A stretch of DNA of 64,000 nucleotides. Source: Chlorokybus atmophyticus (taxonomy: Eukaryota; Plantae; Mesostigma and Chlorokybus algae). Below, in pieces: positions 23,631 to 35,600 of the stretch (the stretch's first letter is position 1; each line of letters starts with the position of its first letter). The stretch spans positions 403,292-467,291 of the forward strand of contig RHPI01003491.1 of NCBI GenBank assembly GCA_009103225.1, written 5' to 3'. The position numbers were made by a program, and so were the translations under genes. A model generated the notes under the pieces. That model searched no databases. It saw nothing but the letters and a program-made list of their open reading frames with translations, and was not told the origin of the DNA.

Positions 23631-26600
23631 TGTTGAAGGACTAGCATGCACATGTAGTTGAGGCAAGCATAGATGCACAGAGACAGAGCTACCGCCACCA
23701 GAGCATACACAAGTCACATCACATTCATCTATTACAAGTTGTCCGCTGGTTCTTATACCAGCCAGTTACACACACGTCTACGTTTGCAAGCACTGCGTAA
23801 GCTATACTTAGCCTTTTGAAGCGCTCTAAGCTGCGTTGTCTTCCTTACAACCAGAGCTTTTCAACAAGCTCTCACACGCCTAATATGAGTAAGTATACGC
23901 GGAGATACGAAGCAGTTAGTAAGGCTCCAGTCTGGAGTCCGGAGTCTGGTCCGACGATGCCATCTTGCTAAGTCCGGACCTAGTGCTCGTCCTTACGACC
24001 TTCTACTCCTGTGTGGAGGGTCGATGCTGATCGTATGTAGGAATACTCTCAACACTCCCACGCGAGCAGCTTGACCTCCAACGCTTGCTCCTGTAGTCAA
24101 ACACAGATGCCAAGTCCTGCACAACAAGTCTTGAACTTGAGCGGTGACAATGGCTTTGTCATGAAGTCCGCCAGCATGCCCTCAGTGTTGCAGTACTGGA
24201 ACTCCACCTCCTTCCTTGTGACTCTGTCACGCACAAAGTGATGCATGACATCAATGTGCTTCGTCCTTGCCGAGGCGATAGGATGCTTCAACAACTTGAT
24301 GGCTCCTTGGTTGTCACAGTTGATGACGATGCACGCCATGGGGTGCTCCAAGTCTGCCATGAGCTTGCGAAGCCAGAGTGCCTCCTTCACTGCTGCTGCC
24401 GCTGCCATGTACTCAGCCTCTGATGTAGATGCTGCTGTTGTTGGCTGCAGCCTGCTGTTCCAGCTCACCACGCCTCCGTTCAGCTTGAAGACGTAGCCTG
24501 TAGTGGACCTCCTGCTGTTGAGGTCACCAGCAAAGTCCGAGTCGCAGTAGCCCTCCAACTCAGTGCTCCCGCTCCCAAACTTGATGCCAACTGTTGCGCT
24601 CCCAGCAACATAGCGTAGTACTCCCTTTGCTGCTCTCCAGTGCTCCATGCTCGGTGCAGACATGTAGCGAGCAAGTACTCCCACAGCATGTGCAACATCG
24701 GGACGTGTGCACACTGCCAGATAGAGCATGCTGCCTACCAGCTCACCATATGGATACTGAGCCTTGTCGAGTACCTCCTCATCCTTTGCCTTGATGAGGG
24801 CAGTGCCAAGTGCCAACGGTGTGGTCTTGGTCTTCGCTTCAGTGAGCCCAAACTTGGTGACGAGTCTTCTCACCATCTGCTCCTGACTGATCTTGATTGT
24901 GCGAGCCGCCCTGTCGCGCTCAATCACCATGCCAAGGAACCACTTGGCCTCTCCAAGATCACGAACTGAGAATGCTTGCTGCAAAGCAAGTTTCGTCTCC
25001 TGCAGGTGGTGCACCTGCCTGGCGGTGATGATGATATCATCAACATACACGAGCAGCCAGACCTTGTTGTCTGCATGGATGAAGAGCCCAGGGTCTGCAG
25101 AGGATGCGGTGAAGCCAAGTGCCTCCAGCTCCTTGGTGAGCTTGATGTGCCACATACGCGGTGCCTGTCGCAGCCCGTACAGTGCCTTGATCAGCTTGCA
25201 CGCTGTGCCTCTCTCCCCTTCTTCATATCCAGGTGGTTGCTCGATGAAGATCTCCTCCTCCAGCTCTCCGTAGAGGAAGGCAGTCTTCACATCCAGGTGA
25301 TGCAGCTCTAGGTCTTCAGCAGCAACCATAGCTAGCAGTGCACGGAAGGTGGTATGCTTACTTGCAGGTGCAAACACTTCGTTGAAGTCCACACCTTCCT
25401 GCTGCAAGAAGCCCTTTGCCACCAGTCTTGCCTTGTAGCGCTCAATGTTGCCCTGACCATCACGCTTCACCTTGAAGACCCATTTCACTGGAATGGTCTT
25501 CACTCCTTGCGGTAACTGCTCCAGTGACCAAGTGTTGTTGGCATGGAGTGACGCAATCTCCTCGTCCATAGCACGCTGCCATTGCTCCGCATCTGGTGCT
25601 AACAATGCCTCCTCGTAGGTGCTTGGCTCCTCATTCTGCACACTGGCGACGTGTGCCTTGTGTAGGAAGTCAGGTGCCTTTCTCTCCCTCACTGGGTATC
25701 TCCGAGCTGCGTGCTCCTGCTGCAGGTGCGACTGCTTGTCTGCTACAGTGGAGTCCTGCTCACCCTTATCGTCGATGATGGCCTTGCCTGTAGCCTCCAC
25801 TGTTTCAGGATGCTCCGGCTGTGCTTCATCTTCAGGAAAGAAGCCTGCTTCTGGTTGTGATAATCCCTCGTGGAAAACCACCTCTCTGCTCACGATGATC
25901 TTCTGAGTGTCCTCGAGCAAGATCCTGTAAGCCTTGGAACCCGGTTCATAGCCAACGAAGATGCCCTTCTTGCTGACCGGCTCCAGCTTGTGCCTGAGCT
26001 GTTTAGGCACTAGTGCATATGCCGTGCATCCAAACACACGCATACCACTCACATCTGGTGTGGCTCCATAGAAGTGCTCCCACGGAGTCTTCTGCTCTGA
26101 GCTCACCGGAGACCTGTTGCGGATGTAGTTGGCAGTGAGTACCGCCTCCTTCCACAAACTGTCTTCCATCTTTGTGTCGTTGAGCATGGCTCGAACACGC
26201 TCCAAGAGTGTCCTGTTGAGGCGTTCAGCTGCTCCATTCTGCTGCGGGGTGTAGGGTGCCGTTGTCTCGTGGCGTATGCCCTTGCTGGCGAAGAACTCCT
26301 TCAACTCCTTGTTGATGTACTCCCCTCCTCGATCACTCCTCATTGCCTTCATCTTGTTGCCAGACTGGGTCTCCAACAAGGCCACAACTGTGCGCACAGC
26401 TCCAGCAACTTCTGACTTCAGCGTCAATGGAAAGATGATGGACAGCTTGCTGTAGTCGTCGAGGAATGTAGCAAAGTACCTGGCCCCTCCCTTCGCCACA
26501 ATGCGCATAGGGCCACAGACATCCATGTGCACAAGCTCGCAAGGATGCTGACTGCTAGAAGAGGATGATGGGAATGGCATAGCATGCTGCTTTGCAACCA

Positions 26601-28246
26601 GGCATGGTTCACAAAGTGCACCTGATGCATTCTTGAGTTCTTCTGTGCTGAGATGGATGCCCTTGACCATCTTCTCAGCGACAAGGCGAGTGAGGTTGAC
26701 GTAGCTGAGATGCCCGAACCTTCGATGCCACAATGTTGGCGACTCCTTGTCCTTCACCACCATGGCTTGAATGTCTCTGTCTTGAGGCTGCTCCACGTGG
26801 TAGAGCCCTCCCGGATCAGCGATTCCAACCATGTGCACGACCCCGTCAAGGATGACTGAGCAGCCACCCTTCCGAAATAGGATCTCCGCGCCTAAGCGCT
26901 CCGCAACCCTCACAGAGAATAGACTCGCAATAGCCTTAGGAACATGCAGGACGTTGCGTAACAACACCTCGCGTAGTGTGTTACCAACCTTGCACTGGAG
27001 TCGCACGTTGCCAACTCCCTCAGCCACCAGTACTTCGCCACCGAAGCCCGCCACCTTGATTGTGGACGTCAGCTTCCTGTAGCCCTCCATCACCTCCTTG
27101 TTTGGTGTGAGATGACGATCGCAGCCAGAGTCCACCACCCAGAAAGCTGTGCCCGCCCTCGAACTGGATGCAGTGAAGGCGACATGTTTCTCCTTGTGTT
27201 GGTGCTCGTTGCCGCTGTTGCTGGTGCTTGCTCTAGGTTGCCCCTGTTGTTTCCTCCTACAGTCCTTCACAATGTGCCCCTTCCAACCACACCAGTGGCA
27301 TGTGAGGTCTTTGTGACGAGGATTGCCTGGCTTGTTGCCCTTGTACTTCTCTTCATGGTTGCTCTTCTTTGCGTGCTTGCCGGTGTAGAAGGCGACGGCA
27401 TCCGCTTGCTCGTCCTTCTTCACAACCCTCTGCTCCACGGTGAGCAGCTTCGGTAGCACATCGTCCAACGTCAACTCCGATGATGACGTCTCCAGCAGGG
27501 TTGCGACGACCTCGTACTCTGCTGGTAGCCCTGCAACAATGGCCAGCACTACCTCCGTCTCCCCCATGTTGTGGCCGACGTTGATGAGGTCCGCCCACAG
27601 CTCTCTCGCGCGCGCAACATACTTTGTGATGGGTTCTGCTGCCTCCTTCCTGAGTGCGCTGAGCTGCTTGCGTAGATGCAACTTTCTGGCATTGTTCTTG
27701 GCTCTGAAAACGGCTGATAGCTTTTCCCAAGCTTGTCTACCATCTTCACATGCAGTGAGCATGGGAAAGTGATGCGGTTTGCTGTTCAACACAAGCAAAG
27801 AGTGTGCTTCTGCTGAATGCTCTGACCACACAGTGTTCGCTCCTGGTGTTGGTGGTGGTGCCTTCGGATCAACGTACTTCCACACCTTCTTGTGGATGAG
27901 CAAGGCCTTCATCTCCACGCACCATGTGTTGTAGTTGTCGGTGTCCAGCTTTGCAATCTGCCCCTTGTCGTAGGTCGCCTCCATTTCTGTCGAGCCTGCC
28001 TTTCTTGCAGTTGACACCCAAGGCTCTGCTACCAACAAGCTACCGTAGTGTAGAACTATTATGCACTCAAGCTAGTCTCACACTCCTCCAGCGTAGTGTG
28101 GGCCCATAACCTGTTGAAGGACTAGCATGCACATGTAGTTGAGGCAAGCATAGATGCACAGAGACAGAGCTACCGCCACCAGAGCATACACAAGTCACAT
28201 CACATTCATCTATTACAAGTTGTCCGCTGGTTCTTATACCAGCCAG
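23631..28246 (-). mobile_element. Young Ty1/copia element, copy 2; 5' LTR runs into the gap
   Basis: 3' LTR 23631-24054; uninterrupted ORF 24097-27984; PBS; 5' LTR starts at 28112 and is cut by Ns at 28247. Inserted inside the DNMT domain. Confidence 0.96.
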
Positions 28247-28418
28247 NNNNNNNNNNNNNNNNNNNNNNNNNNNNNNNNNNNNNNNNNNNNNNNNNNNNNN
28301 NNNNNNNNNNNNNNNNNNNNNNNNNNNNNNNNNNNNNNNNNNNNNNNNNNNNNNNNNNNNNNNNNNNNNNNNNNNNNNNNNNNNNNNNNNNNNNNNNNNN
28401 NNNNNNNNNNNNNNNNNN
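28247..28418. other. Assembly gap (N run)
   Basis: 172 N. Confidence 1.
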
Positions 28419-29649
28419 AGCGGATGTCCTGCGGTAGAGCCTTCTGGCTCCCTTGCAGTGCCGACAGTGGTAGCTGCTGCGGGTAGCGCTGGTGCACCTG
28501 TCGTAAATGATGGCTCAGAGCCTCCAGTGCATGAGGGTTAGGGTCACAGTAGAGGTACTTGGTGACTGTTGTTCCTGTGTTGAGGACAGCCGCAAGCCCA
28601 CTGCCTATGCCTCCGAACAGCTCCAGCACGGTGATGCCTTGTTGTCGGCGGAACATGTGGAACTCCACAACTCCAGCAGCTATGTGGTACTGCTCCTGCA
28701 CGGTAGCCTGGTCTTTGTAGACAGGGAAGTGTGCAGTGAGCTGAGGCCTGGTCAGTAGCATGTGTGCTGCTACTTGTGCGCTCCAGCGACGCTCGGATGG
28801 CTCCTGAAAGGCCACTTCTTTGGTGACAGTCTCCTGAGACTCATCGTACGGTGTAGGAGAGTCTTCTTCAGAGTTTAGGCTCGGGCTCGAGCTCGTTGCA
28901 GTTGTCCTCGGCTGCGTTCGGGCACGAGGCACACGTGAGCTTTCTGTAGGACTGTAGGTGGCTGCTGCGGTCGACCTTCGTTGCGAGCGGGCCTTGGCCA
29001 CCAGCTCGAGAGGTAGGAATCCCTGCTCCTCTCCATCATCCTCATCCCAATGCGGTCGAAACCATGCCTGCTCAGTCCAGCAGTCCATCCGCATGCCGAC
29101 AGGGAAGTTGAAGTCCTGTCCCAGCAGTAGGTCAAATGACCCGGCATCGGTGACCACACACCTGTGTACAATCTCGGTGCTGTGGGAAGGGTTTAGTCCT
29201 GTGAGGCGGATGCTCACAGTCTGCTTGGTAAGGCCGAGCACCTTGTCGCGGTTGCCGTTTGCGGTGTTCAGCTGGTAGGGACAGGGAAGCAGCTCAGCGC
29301 TGGTGATGCCGAGATCTCGTGCGAGGTAGCGCCCAATGATGACAGGCTGTGCTCCAGTGTCCAGCATCACGCATTTGAGTGCCCGACCATTGACGGTCAC
29401 GTGCTTGCCTTGGTTGGCGATCATGGCTGCATTGGCGTTGATGCGCAGCCTCTTAAAACGACGGAACTTCTTGCGTGGAAAGGCTGTTGCTTCTCTCTCA
29501 TCTGCGGGGCCTGACCGTAGGGCAGCCAGGGCTCCTCTGCCTGATGGATCTTGTGGGCCTCCTTGTCCTCGGCTTTGTCCAAACCATCCTTGTCGCGGTT
29601 GCTGGTACATGCGTGGTGGCCTAGGCACTGGTGGTGCTGCTGCAACCTG
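28419..29649 (-). CDS. Gypsy pol N-terminus: aspartic protease, acidic/Ser-rich linker, DNMT motifs I-II
   Basis: VMLDTGAQPVIIG ... FDLLLGQDF; then ITVLELFGGIGSGLAAV (FxGxG SAM-binding motif I) and KYLYCDPN (motif II). Confidence 0.9.
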
Positions 29650-32600
29650 TCAAGTGGAGGTGCAGGAGGGTTGACCCTCTGTGCAGCTGTTGTCATGCCA
29701 GGAGGAGTGGCCAGTGGCGGTGGCGGGAACCCTGGAGGACCTGGTGTTTGCGGGACTGCCTCTCGTGTAGCCTGCTCCTCTGCATAGGTCCATCGCACAG
29801 CATGGGCCGCCTCTCTGACTAGTGTACCTTCCCATGTAGCCGTCGCATTGTTGTTCACGTCTATCCAGCGATGGTTCTGAGGCATGGGTTGCAGGTACAC
29901 TGCGCGTAGGAGCCGCGCTCTCATGTCGTGAGTGATGGTGGGCACCCTGAGGATCCCTGCCATGTAAGCATCCCATCTGCCGTTGACCACTCCCACTTCC
30001 AGCACTGTTATTGCTCGTGCGCGTACAGTGAGGCGGGTCTCTGGCTGGTGGACATGCTGCTCGTAAGCAGCGGCGATGCGCCTGCGCTGACGTCCTGCCT
30101 CCACTCTTGACAAACTCAGTATAGCCTCCAGAGCTCCCTCCAGAGTGTCAGTGGCGGCGGAAGCCACTTCATCATAGGCTTGCCGTATGGAGCGAAGGAA
30201 TGCGTCCACCCACGCTATTCTGGCGCCGAAAGCGAACAACGGGACTGCGGGTTGGTTGGTGACCAGCCACGTCACTAACCGTGCGCGTGCCGCGTTGCCA
30301 TTGTCTCGCATCCCAAGCATCTGCCGAAGTCCAATGCCTTCTTGTCGATGCAGCATGGTTGCTTGTCGTACCAGAGCAGTGCGTAGTTGTTGCTCTCCAA
30401 CCAGTCCTGCTCCATCTTTTTGTGTACACCCTTGTGGTGTACGGTAGCCCCTCCCTGGCTCCCTTTGCTCCTCAAGTAGATCCTCCACCAGCGCAGGCAG
30501 CAACGGGGCGATCACCCCCCTGGTTTGTTGAGCCAACGCCCTCGCTTGGTCAGAGTTGGTCTCGACGAAGAGCGGAGTAGTGCTGGAGGATGGACCAGCA
30601 GCTGGTGACTGAGGTACTGATGCACGCGTAGCTTCAAGAGCTTGTTCACGTGCAGCAATGGCGGCAGCTTGATCCTGTCGCCAATGATACGCTTGTTCCA
30701 GTGCGTGGTAGCGCTGATGAAGGCGAGCGGTTGTAGGAGGTCCGAGTGCTTCATCAGTGCCCAAAGACAGGTCGGCTGCGTCGGCGATGCGCTGCTGGAC
30801 GGTGTCTCGGCGGTCCCGATACGTGTCCAGCGGGCTGGGTTCAAAGGTGGTGGTTGGCATGCGTGCAGGCTGGCGCGGGGCGGTTTGCATGTTGTTGTGC
30901 AACACCCAGAACAGCTGCAGGGCCAACTCCAACACTATAGGTGGGCTGTAGCTGATCAAAAACACCCTGTCACGCATCGGAAGTGCGGTGCCAGCAAGGA
31001 TCTCATCTTCCAACTGGTGTTGAATGAGGGCTGGAAGGGTGTGAACCTCTGGTAGCGGGAAGACGCGATCATCGCGGGCGACACGCGTGGTGCGCTCCCC
31101 CCCCCCCCCGACCGAAGCGATGGTAGTGGGGTCTGCTCCGCGCAGGATGGTCTCCCATGCTCGCTCAGCTTGCTGACCAGTTGGGACAGCCTGAGTGACG
31201 TCGAGAGCGGGCAGAGTGGCTGCGCGCGTCGCTGCAGAGATAGCGGGCTCGACAATGGCAATTGTGGCAGTTGCGACGGTACCGGTCAGTGGTGCGAGTG
31301 TGGTCTCAATGCCTACGGACAGCGGCACTGCTGCAGTGGAAAGTGCACCGCCCACTGGTGCAGATTCGGTAGAGATGGCGGCTGTTGCCATTGTGCTCAC
31401 CAGTGTCGGCGTCACGGTGTTCATCGGTGTACTCGGTTGTGGTGCAACTGGAGTGGGTGCTGCTGACGTTGGTGGAGTCGACGTTGTAGCCGGTGTGGCT
31501 GCTGCTGCGGAGGCAGCACCACTGGTGGCTTCGGAGGAGGTGCCTGCTGATGTTGTTGCAGCTTCCCCTCGTACTCGTCGTGATGGTTGCACGCGGGACG
31601 GAGTGTTCCTGTCTCTCTCGCGTTTTGCAACCATCAGCGCCCATCGGGCAGCGTAGCAGGCGCGGTAGTCCTGCTCCTTGTCTTCCTCCAAGCGTGCCAT
31701 ATGCGCCATGAGGGCTGCCATATGGTCATCAGCTGGTGGGTTGGCTGAAGCCTTGGCGGCAACAGCAGCAGCGCGCGGACGTGTCTCTGGTCCCTTACGC
31801 TGAGGAGGTCTGTTCTTCCCCCTGTAGCATTGCTCTTCCTTGCGAACACTGGCATTGTCGTTGTTGTTACTGCCACCAGCGTTGTTGCTGTTGTGGGCTC
31901 CAGTGTTGTTGCTGTTGTAGCCACTGAAGTGGTTGCCAGTGTGGCCTCCAGTGTTGTTGCTGTTGTAGCCACCGGAGTAGTTGTGGTTGTAGATGTTGGC
32001 GGGCCTCAACTCTGGGAACTTGAGCCAGCAGACTGACTCCAAATGACCAGTCTTGTGACAGTGGTCGCAAAGCAAAGTTGAGTATTCTTCGGTGCACTCC
32101 TTTTGGTAGTGCCCATGCCGTCCACAGCGATGACACAGCACAGGGGCAGCAAGTGCAGCATGAGCTGACCGTTTCCCTTTGTCGCGTGCTGGTGGAGCGT
32201 CCCGGCCACGGTTGCGGCGAGGAGGCTCGGCTGTCGTGCTGACTACTGTTGAGAGTATTCCTACATACGATCAGCATCGACCCTCCACACAGGAGTAGAA
32301 GGTCGTAAGGACGAGCACTAGGTCCGGACTTAGCAAGATGGCATCGTCGGACCAGACTCCGGACTCCAGACTGGAGCCTTACTAACTGCTTCGTATCTCC
32401 GCGTATACCTACTCATATTAGGCGTGTAAGAGCTTGTTGGAAAGCTCTGGTTGTAAGAAAGACAACACAGCTTAGAGCGCGTTAAAAGGCTAAGTATAGC
32501 TTACGCAGTACTTGCAAACGTAGACGTGTGTCTAACTGGCTGGTATAAGAACCAGCGGACAACTTGTAATAGATGAATGTGATGTGACTTGTGTATGCTC

Positions 32601-35600
32601 TGGTGGCGGTAGCTCTGTCTCTGTGTGTCTATGCTTGCCTCAGCTACATGTGCATGCTAGTCCTTCAACAGGTTATGGGCCCACACTACGCTCGAGGAGT
32701 GTGAGACAAGCTTGTGTGCATAGTAGTTCTACACTACGGTAGCTTGTTGGTAGCAGAGCCTTGGGTGTCAACTGCAAGAAAGGCAGGCTCGACAGAAATG
32801 GAGGCGACCTACGACAAGGGGCAGATTGCAAAGCTGGACACCGACAACTACAACACATGGTGCGTGGAGATGAAGGCCTTGCTCATCCACAAGAAGGTGT
32901 GGAAGTACGTTGATCCGAAGGCACCACCACCAACACCAGGAGCGCTGTGTGGTCATAGCATTCAGCAGAAGCACACTCTTTGCTTGTGTTGAACAGCAAA
33001 CCGCATCACTTTCCCATGCTCACTGCATGTGAAGATGGTAGACAAGCTTGGGAAAAGCTATCAGCCGTTTTCAGAGCCAAGAACAATGCCAGAAAGTTGC
33101 ATCTACGCAAGCAGCTCAGCGCACTCAGGAAGGAGGCAGCAGAACCCATCACAAAGTATGTTGCGCGCGCGAGAGAGCTGTGGGCGGACCTCATCAACGT
33201 CGGCCACAACATGGGGGAGACGGAGGTAGTGCTGGCCATTGTTGCAGGGCTACCAGCAGAGTACGAGGTCGTCGCAACCCTGCTGGAGACGTCATCATCG
33301 GAGTTGACGTTGGACGATGTGCTACCGAAGCTGCTCACCGTGGAGCAGAGGGTTGTGAAGAAGGACGAGCAAGCGGATGCCGTCGCCTTCTACACCGGCA
33401 AGCACGCAAAGAAGAGCAACCATGAAGAGAAGTACAAGGGCAACAAGCCAGGCAATCCTCGTCACAAAGACCTCACATGCCACTGGTGTGGTTGGAAGGG
33501 GCACATTGTGAAGGACTGTAGGAAGAAACAACAGGGGCAACCTAGAGCAAGCACCAGCAACAGCGGCAACGAGCACCAACACAAGGAGAAACATGTCGCC
33601 TTCACTGCATCCAGTTCGAGGGCGGGCACAGCTTTCTGGGTGGTGGACTCTGGCTGCGATCGTCATCTCACACCAAACAAGGAGGTGATGGAGGGCTACA
33701 GGAAGCTGACGTCCACAATCAAGGTGGCGGGCTTCGGTGGCGAAGTACTGGTGGCTGAGGGAGTTGGCAACGTACGACTCCAGTGCAAGGTTGGTAACAC
33801 ACTACGCGAGGTGTTGTTACGCAACGTCCTGCATGTTCCTAAGGCTATTGCGAGTCTATTCTCTGTGAGGGTTGCGGAGCGCTTAGGCGCGGAGATCCTA
33901 TTTCGGAAGGGTGGCTGCTCAGTCATCCTTGATGGGGTCGTGCACATGGTTGGAATCGCTGATCCGGGAGGGCTCTACCACGTGGAGCAGCCTCAAGACA
34001 GAGACATTCAAGCCATGGTGGTGAAGGACAAGGAGTCGCCAACATTGTGGCATCGAAGGTTCGGGCATCTCAGCTACGTCAACCTCACTCGCCTTGTCGC
34101 TGAGAAGATGGTCAAGGGCATCCATCTCAGCACAGAAGAACTCAAGAATGCATCAGGTGCACTTTGTGAACCATGCCTGGTTGCAAAGCAGCATGCTATG
34201 CCATTCCCATCATCCTCTTCTAGCAGTCAGCATCCTTGCGAGCTTGTGCACATGGATGTCTGTGGCCCTATGCGCATTGTGGCGAAGGGAGGGGCCAGGT
34301 ACTTTGCTACATTCCTCGACGACTACAGCAAGCTGTCCATCATCTTTCCATTGACGCTCAAGTCAGAAGTTGCTGGAGCTGTGCGCACAGTTGTGGCCTT
34401 GTTGGAGACCCAGTCTGGCAACAAGATGAAGGCAATGAGGAGTGATCGAGGAGGGGAGTACATCAACAAGGAGTTGAAGGAGTTCTTCGCCAGCAAGGGC
34501 ATACGCCACGAGACAACGGCACCCTACACCCCGCAGCAGAATGGAGCAGCTGAACGCCTCAACAGGACACTCTTGGAGCGTGTTCGAGCCATGCTCAACG
34601 ACACAAAGATGGAAGACAGTTTGTGGAAGGAGGCGGTACTCACTGCCAACTACATCCGCAACAGGTCTCCGGTGAGCTCAGAGCAGAAGACTCCGTGGGA
34701 GCACTTCTATGGAGCCACACCAGATGTGAGTGGTATGCGTGTGTTTGGATGCACGGCATATGCACTAGTGCCTAAACAGCTCAGGCACAAGCTGGAGCCG
34801 GTCAGCAAGAAGGGCATCTTCGTTGGCTATGAACCGGGTTCCAAGGCTTACAGGATCTTGCTCGAGGACACTCAGAAGATCATCGTGAGCAGAGAGGTGG
34901 TTTTCCACGAGGGATTATCACAACCAGAAGCAGGCTTCTTTCCTGAAGATGAAGCACAGCCGGAGCATCCTGAAACAGTGGAGGCTACAGGCAAGGCCAT
35001 CATCGACGATAAGGGTGAGCAGGACTCCACTGTAGCAGACAAGCAGTCGCACCTGCAGCAGGAGCACGCAGCTCGGAGATACCCAGTGAGGGAGAGAAAG
35101 GCACCTGACTTCCTACACAAGGCACACGTCGCCAGTGTGCAGAATGAGGAGCCAAGCACCTACGAGGAGGCATTGTTAGCACCAGATGCGGAGCAATGGC
35201 AGCGTGCTATGGACGAGGAGATTGCGTCACTCCATGCCAACAACACTTGGTCACTGGAGCAGTTACCGCAAGGAGTGAAGACCATTCCAGTGAAATGGGT
35301 CTTCAAGGTGAAGCGTGATGGTCAGGGCAACATTGAGCGCTACAAGGCAAGACTGGTGGCAAAGGGCTTCTTGCAGCAGGAAGGTGTGGACTTCAACGAA
35401 GTGTTTGCACCTGCAAGTAAGCATACCACCTTCCGTGCACTGCTAGCTATGGTTGCTGCTGAAGACCTAGAGCTGCATCACCTGGATGTGAAGACTGCCT
35501 TCCTCTACGGAGAGCTGGAGGAGGAGATCTTCATCGAGCAACCACCTGGATATGAAGAAGGGGAGAGAGGCACAGCGTGCAAGCTGATCAAGGCACTGTA

